Assembly (NCBI GenBank): GCA_964187785.1
Contig: OZ076409.1
Span: forward strand, 16,246,001 to 16,310,000
Source: Amphiscolops sp. MND2022
Taxonomy: Eukaryota
DNA: 64,000 nucleotides
Direction of reading: 5' to 3'
Under the pieces are notes generated by a model that saw only the letters and a program-made list of their open reading frames with translations, had not been told where the DNA came from and ran no database searches. Both the position numbers and the translations under genes were made by a program. Positions 30,464 through 42,689 of the stretch are shown one piece after another; within the stretch, counting starts at the first letter, position 1; every line of letters starts with the position of its first letter.

Positions 30464-31894
30464 CTGCGGTAGCAGCAATTATTTGACCAAATTCATTCTC
30501 TCTCGCATCTGCTGAGGCAGGGACGATTATCTCACTTGAAAGAATGCCTAATTTCCTTACATTGGACTTTATAATACCTTACTCCAAAGAAGAAATTACT
30601 AATCCTTCTCTAAAGCTTGTTACTTACAAAAGCTTTCTTTGCTCGTTACTTAAATGTTTACCTAGTGACGCTGTTAAACGCGTGACCTGCATGAAATTGC
30701 ACGTGTACAAACATGCGCCGCACGAAAAGAAACTTGAGAGCGTCAAAGTTATCGGTCCAATTTCATTACAAAACGAGTTTAATTCCATTATTTCTGATGG
30801 AATTTTGTTCAAAAATCGCAAGATTTATGCTCTACAAAACCACGATGTTACGTCCAATGCTTACCCCAAGCAATTTACGATCAAATTTCGTATTTTACCA
30901 CACTTCTTTCCTGATACCGATGTTATTTCGGCTTGCAATTTGAAAGATTTCAAACTTTCAAAGTTACGACACCAATTAGAGAAACTTTCTGAGGAAATTG
31001 AAACCTACACAGGCATTTGTTATGCGGATGTGGAAATCCAGGACGAAGCCCAATTACAACAGCTCATTTCATGGAATGAAACCAGCTTTTTGAACAAATA
31101 CTATCTAGAAGAAATTCCATTTAAATGCCAAATTCAAACATTACTACAATGCGATTTCTGCAGACAAAAGAAGCTCCAGTTTTTGGGGCACCATGTACGC
31201 CAATGCAAAGCCAAAAAGACACAATTAGAACCAAAATCTGAGGAAGATAGCATCTCAACCACGAAAACAAATGAAGAAAAAGAACTAGAAGCCACAGATG
31301 CAAACAAGAATAACACAGAACATACTTTCTATATTGATTTAGAAAAATGCCAAATTCGAAACATACATGACATGGACGAACTCCATAAAGGATTTAGCAA
31401 GCTTCTTGCTTTACAGGAATGCAAGCCTGTGAATGTCTTGAATGACAACAATGTAGTGAAAAACCAACTACGACATGTGAAGAATATTACTGAAGAAAAA
31501 CAGCGGAAGCTTTTCAAACAACAAAACAGATGGGGAAGTCCTTCATCAGACGTCCCAATCAAGAACTTCTCAGAGTTTTGTGAACTCCGGGGAAAGCTAG
31601 ATGTGTTCTACGACTCAACAAAAGGCGAAGAAACCCTTTACCTGATGAACCTATCCAAGAAAGTGACCCACATTTTCAAAAAGAAACAACAACCAAACTA
31701 ACAAAACTACATTATACTAATTTTCAAACTTTGATTTCCATGTTAAATCAAAACTCTCATATTATACAATCATCACCAAGTCTTTCATTTACTCAATACT
31801 ATAAGTATGCTAAGTTATTCATACTCAACACTTTAGTATTAATGTAAAGACTATTTGATTTATAAAGGCAAATTTCCAAATACATTCTTTAAAA
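30464..31894 (+). mobile_element. Family D element
   Basis: Duplication at 30447 / 31895. Confidence 0.88.
30544..31701 (+). CDS. ORF1-like protein, family D
   Basis: Near-identical to 8363-9520. Confidence 0.86.
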   Translation: MPNFLTLDFIIPYSKEEITNPSLKLVTYKSFLCSLLKCLPSDAVKRVTCMKLHVYKHAPHEKKLESVKVIGPISLQNEFNSIISDGILFKNRKIYALQNHDVTSNAYPKQFTIKFRILPHFFPDTDVISACNLKDFKLSKLRHQLEKLSEEIETYTGICYADVEIQDEAQLQQLISWNETSFLNKYYLEEIPFKCQIQTLLQCDFCRQKKLQFLGHHVRQCKAKKTQLEPKSEEDSISTTKTNEEKELEATDANKNNTEHTFYIDLEKCQIRNIHDMDELHKGFSKLLALQECKPVNVLNDNNVVKNQLRHVKNITEEKQRKLFKQQNRWGSPSSDVPIKNFSEFCELRGKLDVFYDSTKGEETLYLMNLSKKVTHIFKKKQQPN

Positions 31895-32004
31895 GCCTAA
31901 TTGTTGTGATAAACTTATTAAATAGGTAAGTATTCCAACCCTATTGATAAGTTTTATTTGAAAGCAGACTGCGAAAGTGGTCTGCTGCCCAATTTTTGAA
32001 CAAG
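31895..32004 (+). ncRNA. Putative SL RNA copy (downstream of insert)
   Basis: Same as 481-590. Confidence 0.75.
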
Positions 32005-32120
32005 GAACAAGCTAGTCTGCACTAACTTAAAAGTTACGCGTATTTTGACCGAGAAAATTTTCGTATCATTGTACGTAATTTTGTTGTTAAGCATATAAAG
32101 CTATTGATTCTACAATGATC

Positions 32121-32239
32121 GGCTACGACCATACCATGTTGAATGCACCGGTTCTCGTCCGATCACCGAAGTTAAACAACATAGGGCCTGGTTAGTACTT
32201 GGATGGGAGACCGCTTGGGAACACCAGGTGTTGTAGCCT
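32121..32239 (+). rRNA. 5S rRNA
   Basis: Same as 707-825. Confidence 0.97.
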
Positions 32240-32815
32240 TTTTTGTCAGAAATGTGGTTTAACTTCGGTGACAGTTTTGCAAAAGGGGTCAAATTGAAAA
32301 GATAGCAAAAAACGGACAACGCCATTAGAAAGAGCGTCCAAAAAAACCCCCATGCTGAAATTTTCGCCGCCATCACTTGAATTTTCATTGAGTTATGTCA
32401 TTTTTACTATTTTCACAAAATGTGGTTTAACTTCGGTGACAGTTTTGCAAAAGGGGTCAAAATGAACAGATAGCAAAAAACGGACAACGGCACTGGAAAG
32501 AGGGCCCAAAGTTACCCCTAAAACGTGTTTTTCACACTCCTGAGTCGACTTTTGATAATACATGGAATTTCATTTTTAAGCTTACTAATTTATGCTTTTC
32601 AGCATACATTTTCGTAATAGAGTCAAAATTTTGCTTTCTCACAATTTTTCTGGAATATTTTTGTTTCATCAGATGTCAATAACTTGAAACGTCGTCTTTT
32701 CATGAGAATTTCTCCTCAAAACAAGTTGTTGGCTGGTAATGGTAAGTCCGTACCGCAGATAGGACTCTCGCGCTCCAAAAATTGACTCTTTGCTTTTAGC
32801 CTAATTGTTGTGATA

Positions 32816-34798
32816 CGGCGTTACTCTATCAGCCTGCAAACTTTGTTTGCACAGCGCCATCTTGCAAATTTTGCAGCAAAAGTTGCAAAAGTAATGACTA
32901 ATTTGAACACGAGTGAGCTTGATCAACATCATAATGAAAATGTTGAGCAAAATTGTTACAAAAATGCAGTTATTTCCTTGTCGAAATCGAACTCAAATAT
33001 GGACAAATTACCAATTATTATCAACTTTGCCTTACCACTGACATCTGAAATGTTCAAAAACAGCAAATTACTGGATTCAATGTTTGTGGAAGCTGTTATG
33101 GCCGTCAAAAACCGACTTAACTCCAATGAAATTACCATCTTCAAAACTACAATTTTACGCAACAAAGGCAATTTGAAGTGTATTACTGTGATCATTCCTT
33201 ACAAACTTGAAAATGCAGCTTCCTCTCTTATTCACGAGGGCATTACTCTTCGCAATCGGAAAATACGGCCTTATTCTGTCAATTATTCCAACCCGAACAA
33301 CAATGTCTATCCAAAAAGATTACCAATATCTTTCCGAAACCTACCACACTTTCTGACGGATGAGGATATTTTGAGTAGCTGTGGTCTTCAAAACTTCAAA
33401 TTTAGTAGCAAAATTTTTCATCAACAACGACGACTTCCTGATAGCAGCCTTTTTTATACAGGAGAGGCAAGAATTACAGTTTTAATTGACAATGAGAATG
33501 AGGAAAGTTTACTACAAAACTGGGCCAATAATGCATATGACAAAATGTTTAGTTCCAGTGGCATTTTTTTCAAATGTTGCTGTATCCCACTCCTCGAATG
33601 CTCTTTATGCGTCAATGAGAACCTTCCCAGTGCTCATCAACAATCAAGATGCCCAAAACAACTATCAGACGAACAGCAAATACAGAAAAACAGTGAATCT
33701 CAGAACCAGAAGTTAACAACTGACTACGTTATGGAAACTGCAGAAACAGAGCCAATGTCTAATGAACCTGAACTGTCAGATTCAGATGATGCTGAACCAA
33801 TCTCAAAGGCACCAAAGCAGACCGATGATGGTACTGAAACCGAATGCAACAACAACGTGGCAGAAACTGAACAACCATGCATTAACAACTCAAAGAAAGA
33901 TACCATTCCTATGCAAAAACCTAAACTAATGCATCGCTCAACTGAATGGAAATCCTCAACAGACCTTGCCCGAAATCAAGCAGATGACCAACAGTCAACG
34001 GCAAAGCATGGATATCATGAATACCCATTCTTTTTGGAAAAGAAACAAAACAAAATACTGGCACCCGAAACTATTTTCAACGAAATACCTCCTATAAAAG
34101 AACATGTGATCAAAACCCAACAAACTTCTGGCTACATCAATACACTAGACAAGGAAAAGAAAATTCAAAGGACCTTTTCACTCGTACAACCACTGAAGAA
34201 AGAAAAACTCGAAGATCTTTTATCTGAATCAAACTGGAAACATTCTGACTCTAACACTATTTTAACTTCTCACTTTGAATTTTACTCATTGATCCGGAAG
34301 TTTGATCCATTCTATGATGCTACAAACCACCAAATTTACACTATTAATCTGGAGAATAAAATTGTACAAGTTTTCACTGCAGTTGAAAACTTATACAATG
34401 AAAACAAAAACTAAACTGAAAAATTTCGGACCTTTTTGACTGGAACTTTAAAGTTCTAAATCTCTACAATACCATCATCAATCAACCCAATTCCCAATTC
34501 TTTTCGAGCACTAGTTGTTCGCAACCTGTATGCAAAAAACGGGTTTTGAAAACAAACTCCTTCCAGGAGCAAACATCTTTTTTTCATACATTCTCCAAAC
34601 TACATTATACTAACTTCATACCTAAAAAAAAACATTCCCATTTTGGCGCTTTCTCAAAAATGCCATAACCAAGCATCTTCATCTACATACTTCAGCTTTT
34701 TCAACACTTCAGTTACTCATAAACTCATTTTATACCTATACCTTAGACTTCATTACTTTTTACTTGTAAATTCTCAGTTTTCAATAAATTCTTTAAAA
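32816..34798 (+). mobile_element. Family A element
   Basis: Duplication at 32799 / 34799. Confidence 0.9.
32894..34414 (+). CDS. ORF1-like protein, family A
   Basis: Near-identical to 4013-5533. Confidence 0.87.
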   Translation: MTNLNTSELDQHHNENVEQNCYKNAVISLSKSNSNMDKLPIIINFALPLTSEMFKNSKLLDSMFVEAVMAVKNRLNSNEITIFKTTILRNKGNLKCITVIIPYKLENAASSLIHEGITLRNRKIRPYSVNYSNPNNNVYPKRLPISFRNLPHFLTDEDILSSCGLQNFKFSSKIFHQQRRLPDSSLFYTGEARITVLIDNENEESLLQNWANNAYDKMFSSSGIFFKCCCIPLLECSLCVNENLPSAHQQSRCPKQLSDEQQIQKNSESQNQKLTTDYVMETAETEPMSNEPELSDSDDAEPISKAPKQTDDGTETECNNNVAETEQPCINNSKKDTIPMQKPKLMHRSTEWKSSTDLARNQADDQQSTAKHGYHEYPFFLEKKQNKILAPETIFNEIPPIKEHVIKTQQTSGYINTLDKEKKIQRTFSLVQPLKKEKLEDLLSESNWKHSDSNTILTSHFEFYSLIRKFDPFYDATNHQIYTINLENKIVQVFTAVENLYNENKN

Positions 34799-34908
34799 GC
34801 CTAATTGTTGTGATAAACTTATTAAATAGGTAAGTATTCCAACCCTATTGATAAGTTTTATTTGAAAGCAGACTGCGAAAGTGGTCTGCTGCCCAATTTT
34901 TGAACAAG
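34799..34908 (+). ncRNA. Putative SL RNA copy (downstream of insert)
   Basis: Same as 481-590. Confidence 0.75.
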
Positions 34909-35024
34909 GAACAAGCTAGTCTGCACTAACTTAAAAGTTACGCGTATTTTGACCGAGAAAATTTTCGTATCATTGTACGTAATTTTGTTGTTAAGCATAT
35001 AAAGCTATTGATTCTACAATGATC

Positions 35025-35143
35025 GGCTACGACCATACCATGTTGAATGCACCGGTTCTCGTCCGATCACCGAAGTTAAACAACATAGGGCCTGGTTAGT
35101 ACTTGGATGGGAGACCGCTTGGGAACACCAGGTGTTGTAGCCT
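35025..35143 (+). rRNA. 5S rRNA
   Basis: Same as 707-825. Confidence 0.97.
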
Positions 35144-35702
35144 TTTTTGTCAGAAATGTGGTTTAACTTCGGTGACAGTTTTGCAAAAGGGGTCAAATTG
35201 AAAAGATAGCAAAAAACGGACAACGCCATTAGAAAGAGCGTCCAAAAAAACCCCCATGCTGAAATTTTCGCCGCCATCACTTGAATTTTCATTGAGTTAT
35301 GTCATTTTTACTATTTTCACAAAATGTGGTTTAACTTCGGTGACAGTTTTGCAAAAGGGGTCAAAATGAACAGATAGCAAAAAACGGACAACGGCACTGG
35401 AAAGAGGGCCCAAAATTACCCCTAAAACGTGTTTTTCACACTCCTGAGTCGACTTTTGATAATACATGGAATTTCATTTTTAAGCTTACTAATTTATGCT
35501 TTTCAGCATACATTTTCGTAATAGAGTCAAAATTTTGCTTTCTCACAATTTTTCTGGAATATTTTTGTTTCATCAGATGTCAATAACTTGAAACGTCGTC
35601 TTTTCATGAGAATTTCTCCTCAAAACAAGTTGTTGGCTGGTAATGGTAAGTCCGTACCGCAGATAGGACTCTCGCGCTCCAAAAATTGACTCTTTGCTTT
35701 TA

Positions 35703-35812
35703 GCCTAATTGTTGTGATAAACTTATTAAATAGGTAAGTATTCCAACCCTATTGATAAGTTTTATTTGAAAGCAGACTGCGAAAGTGGTCTGCTGCCCAA
35801 TTTTTGAACAAG
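35703..35812 (+). ncRNA. Putative SL RNA gene, uninterrupted (empty target site)
   Basis: Native upstream sequence contiguous with the full SL sequence. Confidence 0.82.
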
Positions 35813-35928
35813 GAACAAGCTAGTCTGCGCTAACTTAAAAGTTACGCGTATTTTGACCGAGAAAATTTTCGTATCATTGTACGTAATTTTGTTGTTAAGC
35901 ATATAAAGCTATTGATTCTACAATGATC

Positions 35929-36047
35929 GGCTACGACCATACCATTTTGAATGCACCGGTTCTCGTCCGATCACCGAAGTTAAACAACATAGGGCCTGGT
36001 TAGTACTTGGATGGGAGACCGCTTGGGAACACCAGGTGTTGTAGCCT
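35929..36047 (+). rRNA. 5S rRNA (G>T at 35946)
   Basis: CCATTTTGAATG variant, shared with the copy at 56344. Confidence 0.95.
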
Positions 36048-36836
36048 TTTTTGTCAGAAATGTGGTTTAACTTCGGTGACAGTTTTGCAAAAGGGGTCAA
36101 ATTGAAAAGATAGCAAAAAACGGACAACGCCATTAGAAAGAGCGTCCAAAAAAACCCCCATGCTGAAATTTTCGCCGCCATCACTTGAATTTTCATTGAG
36201 TTATGTCATTTTTACTATTTTCACAAAATGTGGTTTAACTTCGGTGACAGTTTTGCAAAAGGGGTCAAAATGAACAGATAGCAAAAAACGGACAACGGCA
36301 CTGGAAAGAGGGCCCAAAATTACCCCTAAAACGTGTTTTTCACACTCCTGAGTCGACTTTTGATAATACATGGAATTTCATTTTTAAGCTTACTAATTTA
36401 TGCTTTTCAGCATACATTTTCGTAATAGAGTCAAAATTTTGCTTTCTCACAATTTTTCTGGAATATTTTTGTTTCATCAGATGTCAATAACTTGAAACGT
36501 CGTCTTTTCATGAGAATTTCTCCTCAAAACAAGTTGTTGGCTGGTAATGGTAAGTCCGTACCGCAGATAGGACTCTCGCGCTCCAAAAAATGACTCTTTG
36601 CTTTTAGCCTAATTGTTGTTCACGCGTCGGTTGGTTAGTTATCTTTGACTTTTGACTTCTGATTGTGAAAAACTTTTTTGACGAGTTTTTAACACATAGT
36701 ACCGCTAAAACTCTGGAAGTTTAACGAAAAAATTGTTTATTTGGGTTTATACCCCTTTGCACTTTACCCCCTCTGGGTTTATACCCCCCCCTTGGGTTTA
36801 TACTCCCTTTTGGATAGAGGATAGGAAAACGACTTC

Positions 36837-38168
36837 ATGATTCTTGACGACGATGTTGCTTCTGGGAATGTGGACGTAACAAAAATGCCGATGGATGGTC
36901 ACGACAATACTGAATATATTCCACCTATTGAAAGCCTCAGCCTTGTTCAATTGTCGGAGCAATCGCAATCTGGGTCTCCGTCACTTACACCACCACCAAC
37001 ATCTTCTCTACAGAACATACAATCGGCAATAAACACGCAATTATACAGCGCTGTTGCAGGTGCCAACACTCCACCATCTCGCACGACAGCAATAATTAAA
37101 ATGAAAATCATTCCACCATTACAAAAACAACACTTCACAACCAAGGACAACTTCACTACTGCAACCAATCAATGTTTTTCAGCAATTTTACGTTGCTTTC
37201 CACCTACATACAGACAACAGCTTACTATTTCAAAATCATTTACAATTGTCGGGACAAGACATTTGCATTCAATTAATGTAGTGGCGCCTGTCACAGCCCA
37301 GGACATTGTATCAAAATTGCAAACAACAGGAATATCAATGCTTGGCAAAACTGTATTTCCATCGACAGACAACTTTCTCACTAATTTACCTGGACTCTAT
37401 CCACGATACACTCAAGTGAGACTTCTACATGCACCAGCACAATGCGATGACGAGACCTTAACAGAACTATTACATCTTCCGGCAGATACGACAATCATAG
37501 GATTCAAACGTCAGACAGACACGATTGATGGTATGTCCTTTTTCAATGGCAAAATAGCATGCACGATAAAAATCAACAATACAACTCATGAAGAAGAACT
37601 ACGACAATGGTCGTTGGATCAACATGAAAATCCCACAATGATTTGGGAGGAGATTCCTATCTTTGCATTTATTCCCTCACTTCACAATTGCACTTTCTGT
37701 AAACAACATAACAAACCTCACTTTGGACATGACATTGCCTGGTGCAAACATGCAAAAGCACATCCAACGACTCCACCATCACCTCCTCTACCACAACAGA
37801 CATCAACTACAACTTCGCAGATGCCTCTGCCTCCTCCTTCTTCTTCTGCTACTCCATCTGTTATTGCGCCAACTCCTCCTACTTTGGTTAACAACAACTT
37901 GGGTTTAGCTGACGTACCTGTTACAACGACTGATGATTGGCAACCTGTAACTAAGAAGACTTTCCCTAAACACAGTTTGGTTAGAACGAGGTCTGTTATC
38001 AAGGCGAAAAGACCAAAACACCCGAGCCCTGTAACTGAAGTTAACCCCAATTTGACAGAACCTACGATGACGGCACCGTTCCTTCCGACTACACCCATTT
38101 ACAATTCATTTGACAGCAAGCGGTATTCTAAATCTTCCAGGTCTAAACATGATAGTGTTCAGCCTTAA
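36837..38168 (+). CDS. ORF1p
   Basis: Near-identical to 23929-25260. Confidence 0.9.
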   Translation: MILDDDVASGNVDVTKMPMDGHDNTEYIPPIESLSLVQLSEQSQSGSPSLTPPPTSSLQNIQSAINTQLYSAVAGANTPPSRTTAIIKMKIIPPLQKQHFTTKDNFTTATNQCFSAILRCFPPTYRQQLTISKSFTIVGTRHLHSINVVAPVTAQDIVSKLQTTGISMLGKTVFPSTDNFLTNLPGLYPRYTQVRLLHAPAQCDDETLTELLHLPADTTIIGFKRQTDTIDGMSFFNGKIACTIKINNTTHEEELRQWSLDQHENPTMIWEEIPIFAFIPSLHNCTFCKQHNKPHFGHDIAWCKHAKAHPTTPPSPPLPQQTSTTTSQMPLPPPSSSATPSVIAPTPPTLVNNNLGLADVPVTTTDDWQPVTKKTFPKHSLVRTRSVIKAKRPKHPSPVTEVNPNLTEPTMTAPFLPTTPIYNSFDSKRYSKSSRSKHDSVQP

Positions 38169-41100
38169 TTGTAGAGGACTGAAGGATCCTCTTCGCCTTG
38201 CCATAACTCTGACTGCTTGTCAGCGTCATGGTGTGAAAAATTTTGTTCTTTTCCTACAAGAAACTAAGATTTCTGAATTTTCTATCAATCATAGAAAACT
38301 ACTTACACAACACCATCTCTCGTACTGCATGGTTCCTGCCTCTGATACTGCAGGTGGATTGGTGACAATTTTTCCGTCTTCTTTCCACATAACTTACCGT
38401 TTTAACAATGAATCCATGCTCCTATTGCGTTTTCAAGAATATAATATCACTTTTAGCAACTGTTATGTCAATCCGCTTGATTTTCATCTGGAAAAGCTTA
38501 ATCATGGTTTCCAACAGCTTTCTCTTCTATCTTCTAGTTCTCACATACTTGGTGGAGATTTTAACTGTTTATCAACCCGTGCTGACACATCTAATGTTAA
38601 TATTCGAAGTAATGATTTCCGCTTACTTCGTTTTCGAAAACTTATGAATCTTATGCACCTGCTGGATGTCACACCATGTGCTCCAGCCTCGGCTGCACAT
38701 CTGTTCACACACTATGATAAAAGGTATAATACATTTAGTCGTTTAGACTACTTTTTTACATCGAGTGTTGACTTCTCTCTCGAAACTGAAGTCATTCCTT
38801 TTTCGGATCACAAGTTAATTAAGCTTTGTGAAGCGGCATCTTTTACTCCAGCAAACAGTCATTGGAAATTAAATGACAACATTCTGCAGTATCACCATGC
38901 AGTACGGGAGGTTTTGGTGAGTTCTATTGCATCCCGGTCTACGGATTCAGAGTGTATCCTATCGAACTATGATGTCATTAAAAATCTTGTTAGGGATAAA
39001 CTCCGTATCTTTTGTATCCAGAATCATAGACGTAATCTTTTTGAAGAAAATCACCTGAAAGAACTAATACTTGATGCAGAGAAATATCTACAAATTTTTG
39101 GCGTAGATTCCAAAACTATTTCTCGTCTTTCAGATTTAAATAAAAAATTGATGGAACTCCAGCACCAGAATGCTCGTAAATGCCTTAAACAGGTGAAAAT
39201 GTTTTATGTTGATGCCAATCATGGTGATCCTCAAGTTATTAAAAAACACCTTTCAAATATGAGAAAATCCGTACATATTTCTCAAATACAAGACGACAAT
39301 GGTGAGGTCTTGACTACTGATGAGCAGATTTTTGAAGCTTTTCATATGCATTACTCAGATCGTTTTTCCATTCCGCAGGTCAATATCAATAATGATTCCC
39401 ATGTCAAGCAGCTGCAAGATGACATTATTGGTACTTTTTGTAGTGTTAAGAGATCTGATATTGAAAATATTCGCACTCTAACCAGAGACCGGGATATGAT
39501 TAGTGAACAAGAAGTTATTAATGCCATTACCAAATTGAATTCTGAAAGTGCTCCTGGTCCTGATGGCCTCACTTCCAACTTTTATAAAGCTCATCAGGAA
39601 GTTCTGAGTCCTCTACTCTGCAGGCTGTTTAACCAGATGGTTACTGATGGTTGGATGCCGCTATCTTTCTCCAGAGCCATTATAAAACTGATTCCTAAAA
39701 AACCCAACGCCAATCGTGTTGAAGATTTTCGTCCCATCAGTCTTATTAATACAGACCAAAAAATACTCTCTCATATTTTGTCGGAACGAGTTCGCATTCC
39801 TGTTGATAAGCTTATTGGTCCCCACCAATCTGCTTATCTTCCTGGGCGTCACATACACTCTTCTTTATTGAAAGTCTCCTTAAACTTGGAAACCATGCCG
39901 TCAAATAATTCTCTCATCGCTATTGATTTTAGCAAAGCCTTTGATAAACTAAGTCGAACATTTATCTTTGCGTTATTAGAAAAAATTGGCTTGCACGAAA
40001 ACACAGTCAAATTGATTCGCATCATGTATATGCATAATATTGCCTATCTTGACATCAATGGTCAACTCTCTCAACCTGTTCTTATGGAAAATGGAGTTAG
40101 GCAAGGCTGCCCTTTATCCGCGCTCATTTTTATTCTAGGCATTGAACCCCTTCTTCATGCAATTCAGCACTCCTTCAACATTAGATCGGATATGCCGTTT
40201 AAAATTATCTCGTATGCGGATGATCTTACTTGTGGTATTCACACTGATAATATTCAAGATCTTTTTGATATCATTGATACATTTTCTGGCGTTACGAATT
40301 TATCTGTTAATCAATCTAAAACTGAAATTCTTACATTGAGTAGTCTTCGTCCTCCTCTCCAATCTTGTGACGTTGTTAAAATACTGGGTGTTCACTTTAG
40401 TTTGGGCAACTCTGCTAGACCTTTCTCTGACTTCATGAACTTTGCGCAACGAAGTGGTCAGTATTGTAACAAATACAATACTCTAATAGCTCGTGCGCGA
40501 AATATTCATACATTTGTTATGCAAAAATTAGTTCATGAAATTCGCCATCTTTATGTCCTAAGACCTCAATTAGACAAAATTGATAGTATTTTCATTGATG
40601 CTATTTGGCTTGGCCGCAAACACAATCTAGGTAAATTTATTCTCCAGAGACCATGGTCGGCGATGGGTATTGGTCTTCGGAATTTCCGTCAAACTATTGT
40701 TTCTTCCAAAATTATCGACTGCTTCAACTTTCTCTACGAAAACAATTTGCCCGATAATCTTAAACTGTTACTCCAATCTAGGTTTTTTAGAAATCTTAAA
40801 TCCTTGTGTCGCACATTTAAATGCTCCATTTCCTTTCCAAACTCCACCACCTGTACTCTTTCTATTGATGACCGTCAACTTGTGATTTCCACCCCTCTTC
40901 CCACTAAAAAAATTTATCATTTTCTTACAGACCGGTCAACTTCGGCAGCTTTTTGCCGAATCTCTAGTATGGCAGAGAAATTATCTGTTCCTGCTTTTTC
41001 TATCTTTTCCTTCATCCGTCACTTGTGGAAGCATCCCTCGTAGGCTGCTTTTGAGAAAAATTATTTATATCTGTTTTTCCTTAATTGCTACTTAGAGAAA

Positions 41101-41400
41101 ACCAAAAAACAAGATTTGGGCTTAGTGTTTTCAGCTCATTGCTGTTTTTGTGGTGTTGAAGACGAAACCTTCTCACATCTTATTACTGAATGTCAGCATA
41201 TTCCATCTCTCAATTTCTTTAAAACTCCTAGTGATTGCTGTCTAGATTTTCAAAACATGAATGCAATTTACCCTTTCAAACGTCTGATAGCTCTCCTAAT
41301 TTCCTCATGGAGCGAAGATCCGCTCAGATTCTCTAAATATTTTTTGAATTGTGTCTCCTTAAGGCATCCAACCATTCTTAACCATCAGGCTGTAACGTAA
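38149..41400 (+). pseudogene. ORF2 APE-RT with premature stop TAT>TAG at 41041-41043 (loses C-terminal zinc knuckle)
   Basis: Frame continues after the TAG to 41400 as in the intact copy. Confidence 0.9.
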
Positions 41401-41553
41401 CTAAGTTCAATTATATTTATATCTTGCAACCAATGAACCATACACTTACTTTGATTAGCTACTGAATTGTCTGAATTATGAACTTGGTCATGACCTACGC
41501 TATTTGATTGATTCATTTGTTCCTACTGATTTACTGTAATTAATTCTTTAAAA

Positions 41554-41663
41554 GCCTAATTGTTGTGATAAACTTATTAAATAGGTAAGTATTCCAACCC
41601 TATTGATAAGTTTTATTTGAAAGCAGACTGCGAAAGTGGTCTGCTGCCCAATTTTTGAACAAG
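41554..41663 (+). ncRNA. Putative SL RNA copy (downstream of insert)
   Basis: Same as 481-590. Confidence 0.75.
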
Positions 41664-41779
41664 GAACAAGCTAGTCTGCACTAACTTAAAAGTTACGCGT
41701 ATTTTGACCGAGAAAATTTTCGTATCATTGTACGTAATTTTGTTGTTAAGCATATAAAGCTATTGATTCTACAATGATC

Positions 41780-41898
41780 GGCTACGACCATACCATGTTG
41801 AATGCACCGGTTCTCGTCCGATCACCGAAGTTAAACAACATAGGGCCTGGTTAGTACTTGGATGGGAGACCGCTTGGGAACACCAGGTGTTGTAGCCT
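41780..41898 (+). rRNA. 5S rRNA
   Basis: Same as 707-825. Confidence 0.97.
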
Positions 41899-42689
41899 TT
41901 TTTGTCAGAAATGTGGTTTAACTTCGGTGACAGTTTTGCAAAAGGGGTCAAATTGAAAAGATAGCAAAAAACGGACAACGCCATTAGAAAGAGCGTCCAA
42001 AAAACCCCCATGCTGAAATTTTCGCCGCCATCACTTGAATTTTCATTGAGTTATGTCATTTTTACTATTTTCACAAAATGTGGTTTAACTTCGGTGACAG
42101 TTTTGCAAAAGGGGTCAAAATGAACAGATAGCAAAAAACGGACAACGGCACTGGAAAGAGGGCCCAAAATTACCCCTAAAACGTGTTTTTCACACTCCTG
42201 AGTCGACTTTTGATAATACATGGAATTTCATTTTTAAGCTTACTAATTTATGCTTTTCAGCATACATTTTCGTAATAGAGTCAAAATTTTGCTTTCTCAC
42301 AATTTTTCTGGAATATTTTTGTTTCATCAGATGTCAATAACTTGAAACGTCGTCTTTTCATGAGAATTTCTCCTCAAAACAAGTTGTTGGCTGGTAATGG
42401 TAAGTCCGTACCGCAGATAGGACTCTCGCGCTCCAAAAATTGACTCTTTGCTTTTAGCCTAATTGTTCACGCGTCGGTTGGTTAGTTATCTTTGACTTTT
42501 GACTTCTGATTGTGAAAAACTTTTTTGACGAGTTTTTAACACATAGTAAAAAAAACCGCTAAAACTCTAGAAGTTTAACGAAAAAATTGTTTATTTGGGT
42601 TTATACCCCTTTGCACTTTACCCCCTCTGGGTTTATACCCCCCCTTGGGTTTATACTCCCTTTTGGATAGAGGATAGGAAAACGACTTC

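Larger units (their letters stand above)
36620..41553 (+). mobile_element. Tx1/L1-like retrotransposon copy 2 (ORF2 nonsense mutation)
   Basis: 13-bp duplication at 36607 / 41554. Confidence 0.94.
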
